A stretch of DNA of 64,000 nt from Candidatus Eiseniibacteriota bacterium (GTDB lineage Bacteria > Eisenbacteria > RBG-16-71-46 > CAZAMP01), in NCBI GenBank assembly GCA_965224245.1, contig OZ245046.1:4480001-4544000 (forward strand). Direction: 5' to 3'. The translations under genes and the position numbers were made by a program. Below are positions 49,701 through 58,596 of this stretch, piece after piece. Below the pieces are notes generated by a model. The model was given only the letters and a program-made list of their open reading frames with translations. It searched no databases and was not told the origin of the DNA. The stretch's first letter is position 1. Every line of letters starts with the position of its first letter.

Positions 49701-50622
49701 TCGCCGGGAGCGAGCGCTTCGGAACGGGGACGCGGATCTCCTGGCCAGCTTCCTGACGAACGGGAGCCTCGGCCGAGACAGCTTCGTGAAGGGGCTCTGG
49801 CTGAGCGGGGACGGAGCGGGAGACATTCTCGTCTCCCAGGGCGACTCACACGCACAGGCGTTGCTCGAGCATTTTTTCCAGGCTCAGCTCATCGGCCACC
49901 TCATCGACGTGCCTCCTTGCTGCATCCGGCTGGATCCGACCCCGACCCGGCACTTCCCGCCCTCTCTGTCGCCGTACAGCGCGGCCGATCACGGCACGCC
50001 GCCCGACGAGCGGATCTTCGACGTGGTGGGCGCGGTGGGGGACGGGGTCGGCGACATCACCTACGTGGATCAGACCAGTGGGGAGATACAGACCAACTTC
50101 GCGTCGGTGTCGAACGAGCAGACCTCTTACCACACGGTGATCGACGGGTTCTCACTGACCCAGCTTCGCGAGGTTCCCGGGGGATGGACGGGCTGTACGT
50201 GCCCCCCGATCGGGAACGCGATCACGATCCGGGTGGCCGACGTCTTCGATTGGTTCGGCGCGCCTGCCGGTTCGGCGGTGATGAAGGACGTGGATCCACT
50301 CCTGATCGACGTGGACGAGACCGCCTCGAGCGAGTCGCCCCGTCGCACGCGGCTCCTTCGTGGTGCGCCGAATCCGTTCAACCCCACGACCTCCGTGCGC
50401 TACGAGATCCACGAGCGCACCGAGGTCACGATCCAGGTGCTGGACGTCCGAGGCCGATACGTATCGACGCTGACGAGCACCGCGTACGATCCCGGCCGGT
50501 ACGAGCTGAGCTGGGACGGTCGGAATGCGATCGGTGACGCGCTGGCCAGTGGCGTCTACTGGGTGCGGATGACCACGTCGAGCGGGTATCGTGGCGCGAC
50601 GCGCGTGATCTTGCTGAAGTGA
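46762..50622 (+). CDS. Large secreted protein with FlgD-Ig/CTD tail and an internal inserted cassette (paralogue 3, 1286 aa)
   Basis: Signal peptide after SD AAGAGG; same family motifs; insertion of about 210 aa at ~48205-48850; tail APNPFNPTT...SGVYWVR...RVILLK. Confidence 0.87.
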   Translation: MFDRAITRAALLVAASTVALPSGVSASDEPRPTVAKPTLTHRDDELAGRQDASRQAVVWLGGVGADGQAQVGGIWDFEDGTLQGWQSVDLSAEAAYFRRITPADAIAHGDPTDPTMAGAGSMWVGAHQDEAEMMCWPRGMGYGDSWAMWMTKTFTYGGTGTITLSFDYFTDSETQFDYTYVYTEVAGIRSLPLNTSVWSSPQGWGYSGAIDDGTAIGSPSAPATDTIVIDASHLPANPGDPFTIAFKFDSDYVYSDELNRYSAFLNSRFGAFGVDDIGVVGVGLSDVSTFEMDVDGWSTFSEPPIGTYLDVDMLGSLPPIGGTCLDPPTNHVMVAIDGSGTYAHPQRQHEELLSPPAYVGSGSGFESFESIVARFTTWEELPLPEGVGYQVGARYHPWTCPETGVVSWSIVARGPLGYFFTFPGLCQTWDVDLGPYVPAGVDSIRLVFELLSDTEDFFSGSGPAVTDPSPLWDDIQLGVDFGSATFFARGSYYAGTTGIWGFDSGNQLHDDGLHGDDAAGDGIFGAFVVTDQPPGQHEFKIATGDWSQAYPTNPSYPTANAILYTEASDDLVHFRLDTNVLSDWQPAANAVSCDRFAPTGSVFEVIGSAPELGSWVTGVPATLDGDTWYADIVVASPGPVEYKFRVAGTWDVCNVGIHYNMFIGDNFSATIPSASALMRFEFNTIDGRSRARELNASSLVLEPDLLYQDIYPSENSLVPSATAEMHSYLDLTAGDGDDLNAQLGDSVTVAGTDDVGVEVYLNFRVYPGPAMDLNGNGDYSDDTGWWTDPRFEPGSDALAPSWAAARLDTAMTGEVVTPGMFATYFWPDGSNGYGSGNPDKVLPDDFFTPGTTVEYFFSTNYASSPADQKISPDTTAGEPLELEVLPGYVRVGSDILTSCVLYVDAAEEGAEELIEDYGLRPWCGSGFDYTGLEHDRWDRYDYQEAASTIVAPMARQVLGNNGMTPYQSMAYRYIFYSTGARRERALRNGDADLLASFLTNGSLGRDSFVKGLWLSGDGAGDILVSQGDSHAQALLEHFFQAQLIGHLIDVPPCCIRLDPTPTRHFPPSLSPYSAADHGTPPDERIFDVVGAVGDGVGDITYVDQTSGEIQTNFASVSNEQTSYHTVIDGFSLTQLREVPGGWTGCTCPPIGNAITIRVADVFDWFGAPAGSAVMKDVDPLLIDVDETASSESPRRTRLLRGAPNPFNPTTSVRYEIHERTEVTIQVLDVRGRYVSTLTSTAYDPGRYELSWDGRNAIGDALASGVYWVRMTTSSGYRGATRVILLK

Positions 50623-50696
50623 CCCTGGGCCGGGTCAGTGAGCCGACATCGTGGCCCCGACGGGCCGGTCTTCCGGCACGGGTGAGGCCCCGCGTT

Positions 50697-51329
50697 CTAC
50701 GCGCCACCCGGGTTCCGCGGGGCCTCCTCCCACGCCCGGAGGAACTCCCGCGCCGCCTCGGCCGAGTGCAGGTACGCGAACTTCGCGACCTGCTCGCCGA
50801 CCTGACGCACTTGCTTCTCCAGCTGGGGATCAGTGAAGCGTCCATCGTCGTCGATCGCCTGCCAGGCGTGGGGAATCGCCACCTGCTCGGGCACGACCCA
50901 CGCATGCAGCGCGCGGCCGATCATCCTGAGCGTGGTCAGCGCGTTCACCGCCCCGAGCGCGCCGCCGGCGATCCCGACGAGACCGATCATCTTGCCCTCG
51001 AACTCGGAGAACCCCATCAGATCGAGCGCGTTCTTGAGGACGCCGCTGAAGCTGCCGTGGTACTCGGGCGTCGCGAGGATGATGCCCTCGGCCTCGCGGA
51101 CCTTCCGGCGCAGCCTGAGCACGCCGGGTGGATCGTCGGGCTGCGGACCCCCGGTGCAGAAGATCAGATCGTAGTCTCGGAGATCGATCAGCTCGCAGTC
51201 GGCGCCGATCGCCTCGGCCCCGGCGAGGGCCGTGGCCAGGGCCACGTGCGTGCGGCCGCGGGGCGTCAGGCTGCCGCAGATTCCGACCACGCGGACGGGA
51301 CGATCCAGCTGCTCGCGTGCGGTCGTCAC
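50697..51329 (-). CDS. NADPH-dependent FMN reductase
   Basis: GICGSL, ATPEYHGSFSGVLKNALD, GG..GA; SD GGAGG. Confidence 0.92.
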   Translation of the reverse strand: MTTAREQLDRPVRVVGICGSLTPRGRTHVALATALAGAEAIGADCELIDLRDYDLIFCTGGPQPDDPPGVLRLRRKVREAEGIILATPEYHGSFSGVLKNALDLMGFSEFEGKMIGLVGIAGGALGAVNALTTLRMIGRALHAWVVPEQVAIPHAWQAIDDDGRFTDPQLEKQVRQVGEQVAKFAYLHSAEAAREFLRAWEEAPRNPGGA

Positions 51330-51694
51330 GGGATGTCACCTCCACCGGACTCGAGGACCGCGGTGACGTCCTCGGCCTCCCGGACGAAGCGCCGCGCCTC
51401 GTCGGTGCTGACCTCGTCGTCTTCGAGGATCAGGAACGTGTGCCGACGGAAGGCCGCAAAGGCCGAATCGGTCTCGGCGGTGACGCCGTACGTCTTGTAC
51501 GCGTCCCAGAGCCGGTCGCATACCGCCTGCGCGGCGGCGCGCTCGTCGGCCGGAAGACCCGTCACGACCTTTTCGGTCGTCTTCGCGAAGACGTAGTCGT
51601 TCACCCGCCGGGAGACCGGGCCGCAGAAGGCCACGAGCCCCAGAGCCAGCACGACGACGGTCAGGAACGTCACGATGGTCAGACGCGGCAACAT
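51326..51694 (-). CDS. Hypothetical membrane-anchored protein
   Basis: N-terminal hydrophobic helix; GTGA overlap with the FMN reductase gene. Confidence 0.6.
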   Translation of the reverse strand: MLPRLTIVTFLTVVVLALGLVAFCGPVSRRVNDYVFAKTTEKVVTGLPADERAAAQAVCDRLWDAYKTYGVTAETDSAFAAFRRHTFLILEDDEVSTDEARRFVREAEDVTAVLESGGGDIP

Positions 51695-51771
51695 GGCCGG
51701 GACGATACTACCCCTTGCCGAACCGCGAAAGCGCCCTATCATGGGTCGCGTTCAATCACCAGGAGGGGATC

Positions 51772-52947
51772 ATGAGCCGCACGGTCACATTCGAGACCCG
51801 GATCTCCGGCGGAGCCGCGCTCGCCGGTCTGCTCGCGCTCACCGGCGCGGTCGGTTTCGTCGGGTGCTCGTCGTCGCCCGAGATGGATCAGGCCAGCCTG
51901 GACGCCATCGAGCAGCACCTCGCCAGCATGGGGGCCCCGCCCATCGACTACGTGATCGGTCTGTTCGACGACCACGACGTCGTGCTCCTCGGCGAGCACC
52001 AGCTCGTGCGGCAGGATGCCCGGTTCGCGGCGTCGCTGGTCCCCGCGCTGGGCGATGCCGGCATCGTGCTCGCGATCGAGTACGCCTGTGCCGAGGATCA
52101 GGCGCGGATCGACGCCGTCGTGAACGAGCCCCTGTACGACGAGGCCGGCGCGATCGCGGTACAGCATCACTACGCCGGGGGCCTGTGGCCGTACCGGGAG
52201 TACGTCGAGATCCTGAAGGCGGCCTGGGACCACAACCGGCACGCCGATCAGGCGTCCCGCATCCGGGTCATCGGCCTCTCGCCGGTCGTCGACTGGGAGG
52301 CCGTGAACTTCGGCGAGGGCGCGGAGCGCGAGGCCGAGGTGCGGAAGATCCAGCAGACCGACGCCTACATGGCGGCGCTCGTGCAGCGCGAGGTGGACGC
52401 CGGACGCAAGGTGCTCGTCTACTGCGGGACGACGCGTGCGTTCACGGACTTCGTCCCGACCATCGAGCACCAGGGCGATCGGGTGCCCGACGACAACCAC
52501 ATGGGGCACATCCTGAGCCGGTCGCTCGGCGATCGCGCGGTCACGGTGCTGTTGCATCAGCCGTGGCCCGGCCCCGACGGGGCGCTCGTCGGTCCGGCCG
52601 ACGGCCGCCTGAACCCGGCCCTGGCCGCGCTCGCGGACTCGGCCGGCGTCGGCTTCGATCTGGCCGGACCGGTGGGACAGCTGACCGAGACGCGCTCGCT
52701 CTACGCGCTGGACGATGCCGATCTCCACCTGTCGGACGTGGCGGACGGGTACGTGTTTCTCGCTCCGTTCGCCGAGCTCATCGGTGTGCAGGTGATCACG
52801 TCGTGGGTCTCCGAGGACGAGTTCGAGGCGTTCCGCCGGGGCTATCCCAATCCCCGCGTGATGGACGAGGTGGACTCGGTCCGGCGGCTCGTCGAGCGGT
52901 TCTCGCAGAACGCGGCCATCCGTCTCCGGTTCCGCGGCATCGAGTGA
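51772..52947 (+). CDS. Putative lipoprotein, EreA/ChaN-like fold
   Basis: SD AGGAGG; lipobox GFVGC; DVVLLGEH, LAIE, RD-like D.YMA, KVLVYCG pattern. Confidence 0.6.
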   Translation: MSRTVTFETRISGGAALAGLLALTGAVGFVGCSSSPEMDQASLDAIEQHLASMGAPPIDYVIGLFDDHDVVLLGEHQLVRQDARFAASLVPALGDAGIVLAIEYACAEDQARIDAVVNEPLYDEAGAIAVQHHYAGGLWPYREYVEILKAAWDHNRHADQASRIRVIGLSPVVDWEAVNFGEGAEREAEVRKIQQTDAYMAALVQREVDAGRKVLVYCGTTRAFTDFVPTIEHQGDRVPDDNHMGHILSRSLGDRAVTVLLHQPWPGPDGALVGPADGRLNPALAALADSAGVGFDLAGPVGQLTETRSLYALDDADLHLSDVADGYVFLAPFAELIGVQVITSWVSEDEFEAFRRGYPNPRVMDEVDSVRRLVERFSQNAAIRLRFRGIE

Positions 52948-53018
52948 GCGCGCCGGCGGCCAGATCCGCCCCCGGTGGCGCCCGGAGCCCGGATGGCGTC
53001 GGGCGACCGTCACGACGC

Positions 53019-53048
53019 TTGCGGGGGTGATCGCCGCCTCCGTATAGT
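53019..53048 (+). promoter_or_regulatory. Candidate promoter giving a leaderless fadI transcript
   Basis: TTGCGG-N18-TATAGT; ATG follows 8 nt after the -10; no SD. Confidence 0.4.
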
Positions 53049-53056
53049 GCGCGATC

Positions 53057-54361
53057 ATGTCCACGAACCCCTTTCGCGACGTCGTCATCGTGGGCGGCCT
53101 CCGAACGCCGTTCGCCAAGGCGGACACGGTCTTCACCGACCTGACCGCCGTGGACCTCGGCCGGCTCGTCGTCTCCGAGCTGATCGAGCACTACGACCTC
53201 GCGCCCTCGGACGTGGACGCGGTCATCATGGGCAACATCGCCCAGCCCCCCCATGCACCCAACGTGGCGCGCGTCATCGCGCTCGCGGCCGGCCTGGCCC
53301 GCGAGGTTCCCGCGCACACGGTCAATCGCAACTGCGCGAGCGGCATGGAGTCGGTGCTGGAGGCGGCCCGGCTGATCGCGCTCGGCGAGGCCGAGGTGGT
53401 CGTCGCCGGTGGCGTCGAGTCGATGTCGCAGATCCCGCTCTTCTACCCCGAGTCGTACCGGCGCATCCTCTTCGGCGCGCAACGCGCACGGACTCCCGCG
53501 GCACGCGTCGCGACGCTCAGCCACGTGCGGCCGAAGCACTTCAAGCCGATCGTGGGCCTGGAGTGCGGCCTGACCGATCCCATCGCCGAGCTCAACATGG
53601 GCGAGACCGCCGAGGTGCTGGCCAAGGAGTTCGGGATCTCGCGCCAGACCCAGGACGAGTTCGCGCTCCGGAGCCATCAGAAGGCGGTCGCCGCGGTGCA
53701 GTCCGGACGACTCGCGCAGGAGATCATGCCGGTCTTTCCACCCGGGTATCGCGCCGCCGTACGGGACGACAACGGCCCGCGCTCCAATCAGTCCATGGAG
53801 GCGCTGGCCCGGCTGCGTACGATCTTCGACCGGCAGTTCGGCACCGTGACGGCCGGCAACGCGTGCCCGATCACCGACGGAGCCGCGGTGCTGCTGCTTG
53901 CGCACGAGCAGGTCGCGCGCGCGAACCGGTGGGACGTGCTGGGGCGCATCCGATCGCACGGCGTGCGCGGGATCGAGCCCGAGCGCATGGGGCTGGGACC
54001 GGTGGTCGCGACGGCGGTCGCGCTCGACCGGGCGGGCATGTCGCTCGCGGACATCGAGCTCGTCGAGATCAACGAGGCGTTCGCGGCCCAGGTGCTCGCC
54101 TGCGAGATGGCGTTCTCGTCGGTGTCGTTCGCGCGGAAGGCGCTCGGACGCTCGAGCGCCGTGGGGACTCTCCCCACGACGCACCTCAACGTGAACGGCG
54201 GGGCGATCGCGCTCGGACATCCGGTCGGCGTGAGCGGGACGCGACTCATCCTGACGCTTCTGATCGAGCTCCGGCGGCGGCAGCTCGGAACGGGGCTGGC
54301 CACGCTGTGCGTCGGTGGCGGCCAGGGATCCGCGGTGATCCTGGAGAGCATGGTGCCATGA
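53057..54361 (+). CDS. fadI: Acetyl-CoA C-acyltransferase (3-ketoacyl-CoA thiolase)
   Basis: RTPF, NRNCASG, GGVESMS, TAGNA..ITDGA, EINEAFA, NGGAIALGHP, CVGGGQG. Confidence 0.88.
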   Translation: MSTNPFRDVVIVGGLRTPFAKADTVFTDLTAVDLGRLVVSELIEHYDLAPSDVDAVIMGNIAQPPHAPNVARVIALAAGLAREVPAHTVNRNCASGMESVLEAARLIALGEAEVVVAGGVESMSQIPLFYPESYRRILFGAQRARTPAARVATLSHVRPKHFKPIVGLECGLTDPIAELNMGETAEVLAKEFGISRQTQDEFALRSHQKAVAAVQSGRLAQEIMPVFPPGYRAAVRDDNGPRSNQSMEALARLRTIFDRQFGTVTAGNACPITDGAAVLLLAHEQVARANRWDVLGRIRSHGVRGIEPERMGLGPVVATAVALDRAGMSLADIELVEINEAFAAQVLACEMAFSSVSFARKALGRSSAVGTLPTTHLNVNGGAIALGHPVGVSGTRLILTLLIELRRRQLGTGLATLCVGGGQGSAVILESMVP

Positions 54362-56655
54362 ACGGACACGGTTCCACTCCGATGACCGACCAGCTCGAGT
54401 TCTTCGATCCGGCGAGGGCCACGGCCGCCGATCGCGATGCCGACGTCCGGCTGGAGGAGCTGGCGCCGGGTGTGGCCGGCGTCATCTTCCACGCGCGCGA
54501 GCGTTCGCAGAACGTGCTCACGAAGGCCGTCCTGGATCGCCTCGACGAGATCGTGCGCGCGATCCGATCGGCCACGGGATATCGCGCGGTCCTGATCACG
54601 TCCACGCTACCGGGGAGCTTCATCGCCGGCGCGGACGTGAACGAGATCGCCTCGGTCGACGACGTGGCCACCGGGCGCGATGCCGCCCGCCGCGGCCAGC
54701 GCGTCTTCGGCGAGCTCGCGGCGCTGACGATCCCCACGGTGGCCGCGATCGGCGGCGCGTGCCTCGGCGGCGGGCTGGAGCTGGCGCTGGCCTGCCACTA
54801 TCGCATCGCGTCGGATTCCTCGAAGGTGCGGCTCGGGCTGCCGGAGGTCCGCCTGGGAATCATCCCCGGCTTCGGCGGCACCCAGCGTTTGCCGCGACTG
54901 GTCGGGCTTCCGGCCGCGATCGATCTCATCCTGACCGGCAAGACGCTCGATGCACGGCGGGCCAGGCGCCGGGGACTGGTCGACCTCGTGATTCCCGAGA
55001 TCCTGTTCCGGCAGGAGTCGCTCCGGTTCGTCGAGCGTCTCGCGGCCGGCGAGGCGCCTTCGCGCCACGTCATGGCCTTTTCGGGCCCGCGCAAGGCCGC
55101 GGCGAGGCGCGCTCCCCTGAGCGCACGCGATCGGTTCCTGGAGAGCCCCGTGGGCCGGCCGATCCTGTTTCGACTGTCCAGGCGAAGCGTGCTCTCCAAC
55201 ACGAAAGGGCACTATCAGGCGCCGCTCGACGCGCTGACGGTGATCGAGGACACGTTCGGAAAGCCGATCGAGGAGGGTCTCGACGTCGAGGCCGCCGCGC
55301 TCGGCCGGCGCCTCGTGACACAGGAGAAGAAGGCACTCGTTCACGTGTTCTTCCTGACCGAGGCCAACCGCAAGGACACCGGCAGCGATGACGCGTCGCT
55401 GATCCCGCGACCCATCACGCGGGCGGGGCTCCTCGGCGCGGGGGTCATGGGCGGCGGCATCGCACAGCTCCTGTCCCGGCGGGACATCCGCGTCCGCATG
55501 AAGGACCTGAACGACGATGCGCTCCTGTCCGGTCTCCGCTCCGCCAGCAACGTGACGCGATCGCTGGTGAGGCGCCGCCGGATGCGGCCGGCCGAGGCCG
55601 CGCGCCAGCTCGCGCTGATCAGCCCGACGACCGAGTACACCGGGTTCGGGCGGGTCGACGTCGTCTTCGAGGCCGTCGTGGAGAAGATGGACGTGAAGAA
55701 GACCGTCCTCGGCGAGGTCGAGCGCGTCGTACGCCCGGGCACGATCATCGCATCCAACACGAGCGCCCTCTCGATCACCGAGCTGGCCACCGTGAGCCGG
55801 CGACCCGAGCACGTGGCCGGCTTTCACTTCTTCAATCCGGTTCACCGCATGCCGCTGGTCGAGGTGGTTCGCGGTGAGCGCACGAGCGATGCCGCCGTCG
55901 TGACGCTGGTGGCGCTGGCGCGTCGGCTGGGCAAGACGCCGATCGTGTGCAACGACGGTCCCGGGTTCCTGGTGAACCGCATTCTCGGTCGCTACATGAA
56001 CGAGGCCAGCCATCTCCTGGCCGACGGCGTTGCCATCGAGCACTGCGACTGCGTGGCCACCGACTTCGGCATGCCGATGGGCCCGATCCGTCTGGTGGAC
56101 GAGGTGGGTGCCGACGTCGCGGCGAAGGTCGCATCGCTCCTGCTCGCGGGGCTGGGTGATCGCTTCAAGACGAACAACCTGATCGAGCGGCTGGTCGGTG
56201 AGGGCCGGCTCGGCAAGAAGTGCGGGCGCGGCTTCTACACGTACCCCGGGGCACGCGGCGGGCGTCTCCCGGCGTGGACGCCGTCGTGGGTGCCGGGCGC
56301 GCCGCGAGAGCACGTCGATCGCGGCGTGCTCGCACTCATCGAGACCGGCGGGCGCCGGTCCTCGCTGTCGGATCGAGAGATCCGCGATCGGCTGGTCTAC
56401 GTGATGGTCGACGAGGCCGCGCGGTGCCTGGACGACGGCATCGTGGCCTCCCCGCGCGACGTGGACCTCGGCATGATCTTCGGAACCGGCTTCCCGCCGT
56501 TCCGGGGCGGCCTCCTTCGGTTTGCCGACGAGACCGGCGTCGACGTGGTGGCCGACACGCTCTCCCGACTCGCCGACAGTGCGTCTCCCCGCTTCGCGCC
56601 GTGCGATCGCCTGCGCGACATGGGTAACCGGGCCCTCCGCTTCCATCCCTCGTGA
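54358..56655 (+). CDS. fadJ: Fatty-acid oxidation multifunctional enzyme alpha subunit (enoyl-CoA hydratase / 3-hydroxyacyl-CoA dehydrogenase)
   Basis: FIAGAD, CLGGGLELALAC, LPEVRLGIIPGFGGTQRLPRL, GAGVMGGGIA, SNTSAL, HFFNPVHRMPLVE, GTGFPPFRGG; ATGA overlap with fadI. Confidence 0.9.
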   Translation: MNGHGSTPMTDQLEFFDPARATAADRDADVRLEELAPGVAGVIFHARERSQNVLTKAVLDRLDEIVRAIRSATGYRAVLITSTLPGSFIAGADVNEIASVDDVATGRDAARRGQRVFGELAALTIPTVAAIGGACLGGGLELALACHYRIASDSSKVRLGLPEVRLGIIPGFGGTQRLPRLVGLPAAIDLILTGKTLDARRARRRGLVDLVIPEILFRQESLRFVERLAAGEAPSRHVMAFSGPRKAAARRAPLSARDRFLESPVGRPILFRLSRRSVLSNTKGHYQAPLDALTVIEDTFGKPIEEGLDVEAAALGRRLVTQEKKALVHVFFLTEANRKDTGSDDASLIPRPITRAGLLGAGVMGGGIAQLLSRRDIRVRMKDLNDDALLSGLRSASNVTRSLVRRRRMRPAEAARQLALISPTTEYTGFGRVDVVFEAVVEKMDVKKTVLGEVERVVRPGTIIASNTSALSITELATVSRRPEHVAGFHFFNPVHRMPLVEVVRGERTSDAAVVTLVALARRLGKTPIVCNDGPGFLVNRILGRYMNEASHLLADGVAIEHCDCVATDFGMPMGPIRLVDEVGADVAAKVASLLLAGLGDRFKTNNLIERLVGEGRLGKKCGRGFYTYPGARGGRLPAWTPSWVPGAPREHVDRGVLALIETGGRRSSLSDREIRDRLVYVMVDEAARCLDDGIVASPRDVDLGMIFGTGFPPFRGGLLRFADETGVDVVADTLSRLADSASPRFAPCDRLRDMGNRALRFHPS

Positions 56656-56664
56656 GGTGACACG

Positions 56665-57276
56665 ATGGCGTTTCCGAAGCCGTTCTATCGATGGCGACCG
56701 CATCCGTGGCACGGTCTCGAGCCCGGCGACGATCCGCCGTCGCGCGTTCAGGCGTACATCGAGATCACACCGTTCGACCTCGTGAAGTACGAGATCGACA
56801 AGACGACCGGTTACATCCGCGTGGATCGGCCGCAGCGCAGCTCGTCGCAGCCGCCCACGCTGTACGGGTTCATCCCGCGCACGTACTGCGCGTCACGGGT
56901 GGGCGCGCTGTCGGAGTCGTCGAGCGACGGCGATGGGGATCCGCTCGACATCTGCGTCCTGAGCGAACGCCCGATCGCGCGGTCCGAGGTGATTCTGAAC
57001 ACCCGGGTCGTCGGCGGCCTGCAGATGGTCGACGACGGGCTCGCGGACGACAAGATCATCGCGGTGCTGGAGAACGACAACATCTGGGGCCATGCCACCG
57101 ACGTGTCGGACCTGCCCCAGATTCTGATCGAGCGCCTCCGACACTACTTCCTCACCTACAAGCTCGTGCCGGGCACGGCGCCGAGCATCTCCATCGAGAC
57201 CGAGTACGGCCACGAGCACGCCTGCGCCGTCGTGTCGGCCGCGCTCGCCGACTACGACGAGACGTTCGGCGAGTGA
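56665..57276 (+). CDS. ppa: Inorganic pyrophosphatase (family I)
   Basis: HPWHG, KYEIDK, YGFIPRT, DGDPLDI, MVD.G..DDKIIAV, F..YK. Confidence 0.95.
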   Translation: MAFPKPFYRWRPHPWHGLEPGDDPPSRVQAYIEITPFDLVKYEIDKTTGYIRVDRPQRSSSQPPTLYGFIPRTYCASRVGALSESSSDGDGDPLDICVLSERPIARSEVILNTRVVGGLQMVDDGLADDKIIAVLENDNIWGHATDVSDLPQILIERLRHYFLTYKLVPGTAPSISIETEYGHEHACAVVSAALADYDETFGE

Positions 57277-57818
57277 GCGACGGCGTCGCCGACCCCGGGC
57301 GCCGTCGCCCCGATCGCGCGCGAGCCGACGGCGTGCGCCTTCGACGGGCCGTCCCCGGCGACGAGGCGATCGTGCGCAGGCTGCGCCTCGAGGCGCTGGC
57401 CGATGCGCCCCGGGACTTCGACTCGACGCTGGAGCGCGAGCGCGTGATGACGACCGCCGAGTGGGGCGAGTGGATCGCCGGCGGCGCCACGTTCATCCTG
57501 GAGGCGGGATCGGCCCCCCGCGGCATCGTCGCCGGCGTGCCGCATCGCGACGACCCACGAGCGGTTTACCTGATCTCGATGTGGGTGCACCCCTCGATCC
57601 GGGGGAGCGGGGCCGCCGACGCGCTCGTCGGTGCCGTGATCGGGTGGGCCGAGGAGCGGGAGGCGGAGGTCGTCTGTCTGGACGTGGTGGCCTCGAACGA
57701 TCGCGCGCGCGGCTGCTACGAGCGGAACGGTTTCCGGGCGACCGGCCGCACGTTCACGCGGGGTCGGGACGGCATCGTCGAGATGGCCATGGAACTCCGA
57801 CTCGACCCGGGATCATGA
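57273..57818 (+). CDS. GNAT family N-acetyltransferase
   Basis: GTGA overlap; RLEAL.DAP..F, SMWVHP..RGSG....LV, N..A...YER.GF. Confidence 0.88.
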   Translation: MSDGVADPGRRRPDRARADGVRLRRAVPGDEAIVRRLRLEALADAPRDFDSTLERERVMTTAEWGEWIAGGATFILEAGSAPRGIVAGVPHRDDPRAVYLISMWVHPSIRGSGAADALVGAVIGWAEEREAEVVCLDVVASNDRARGCYERNGFRATGRTFTRGRDGIVEMAMELRLDPGS

Positions 57819-57874
57819 GGCTCCCATCGGTGGCGTAATCCGTTTCCTTTCAATCCGTTGGCTTCCGATCGATG

Positions 57875-57919
57875 TTTCATCCGGGTAGAATTGACGCACG
57901 AGTTTTACCTGGGTATAAT
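57875..57919 (+). promoter_or_regulatory. Near-consensus sigma70 promoter overlapped by two imperfect palindromic operators
   Basis: TTGACG (57891-57896)-N17-TATAAT (57914-57919); sites TTTCATCCGGGTAGAA (57875-57890) and TTTTACCTGGGTATAA (57903-57918), consensus TTTTACCCGGGTAAAA. Confidence 0.75.
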
Positions 57920-57963
57920 CTCCCCTCTCGTGCCCCTGGATCGATCAAAGGAGAGAAGCCGAC

Positions 57964-58584
57964 ATGCCCACGACCACGACGTGCACCGCGTTCGCCGGAT
58001 CGACGCGCATCGCCTCCGGTACCATCGAGGACGTGGCCGTTCGCGTGAAGGGAGTCGTCGACGCCGATGACCCCCGGTCGATCCTGATCTTCGACGACGC
58101 CACGAGCGCGCCGATCGAGCTGGACCTGCGCGGCAGCGTCGAGGACGTCCGGCGGGCCGCGCGGTCGGTCAGCGCCGGGTCGACCCCGCCGGCCGCGTCG
58201 GCGACACCCGGCTCACCGCGAGACGGCGAGACCGCGCGGCGCCGATCTCCCGGACGGCCGAAGCTGGGCGTGGTCGGCCGGGAGGTCACGCTCTTGCCGC
58301 GACACTGGGCGTGGCTGAACGCGCAGCCGGGTGGTGCGTCGGTGGCGCTCCGGAAGCTCGTCGACGCCGCGCGCCGCGTGCCGGACTCGACGAACACGAA
58401 GCGGCACGCGCAGGAGGCGGCGTTCCGCTTCATGTCGGCGATCGCGGGCAACGAGGCGGGCTACGAGGAGGCCACGCGCGCGCTGTTCGCCGGCGACGCC
58501 GGTCGCTTCGACGAGCACACGCGTGGCTGGCCCGCGGACGTTCGCGATCACGCCGCGCGGCTGGCCTCGGGGGCACTCGAGTGA
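57964..58584 (+). CDS. DUF2239 family protein
   Basis: CTAF.G...IASG, LIFDD.T...ELDLRG, GRPKLGVV.REVTLLPRHW.WL..QPGGASVALRKLV, AGN..GYEEA.RALFA, WP.DVR. Confidence 0.9.
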   Translation: MPTTTTCTAFAGSTRIASGTIEDVAVRVKGVVDADDPRSILIFDDATSAPIELDLRGSVEDVRRAARSVSAGSTPPAASATPGSPRDGETARRRSPGRPKLGVVGREVTLLPRHWAWLNAQPGGASVALRKLVDAARRVPDSTNTKRHAQEAAFRFMSAIAGNEAGYEEATRALFAGDAGRFDEHTRGWPADVRDHAARLASGALE

Positions 58585-58596
58585 GGAGGTCGCGCG

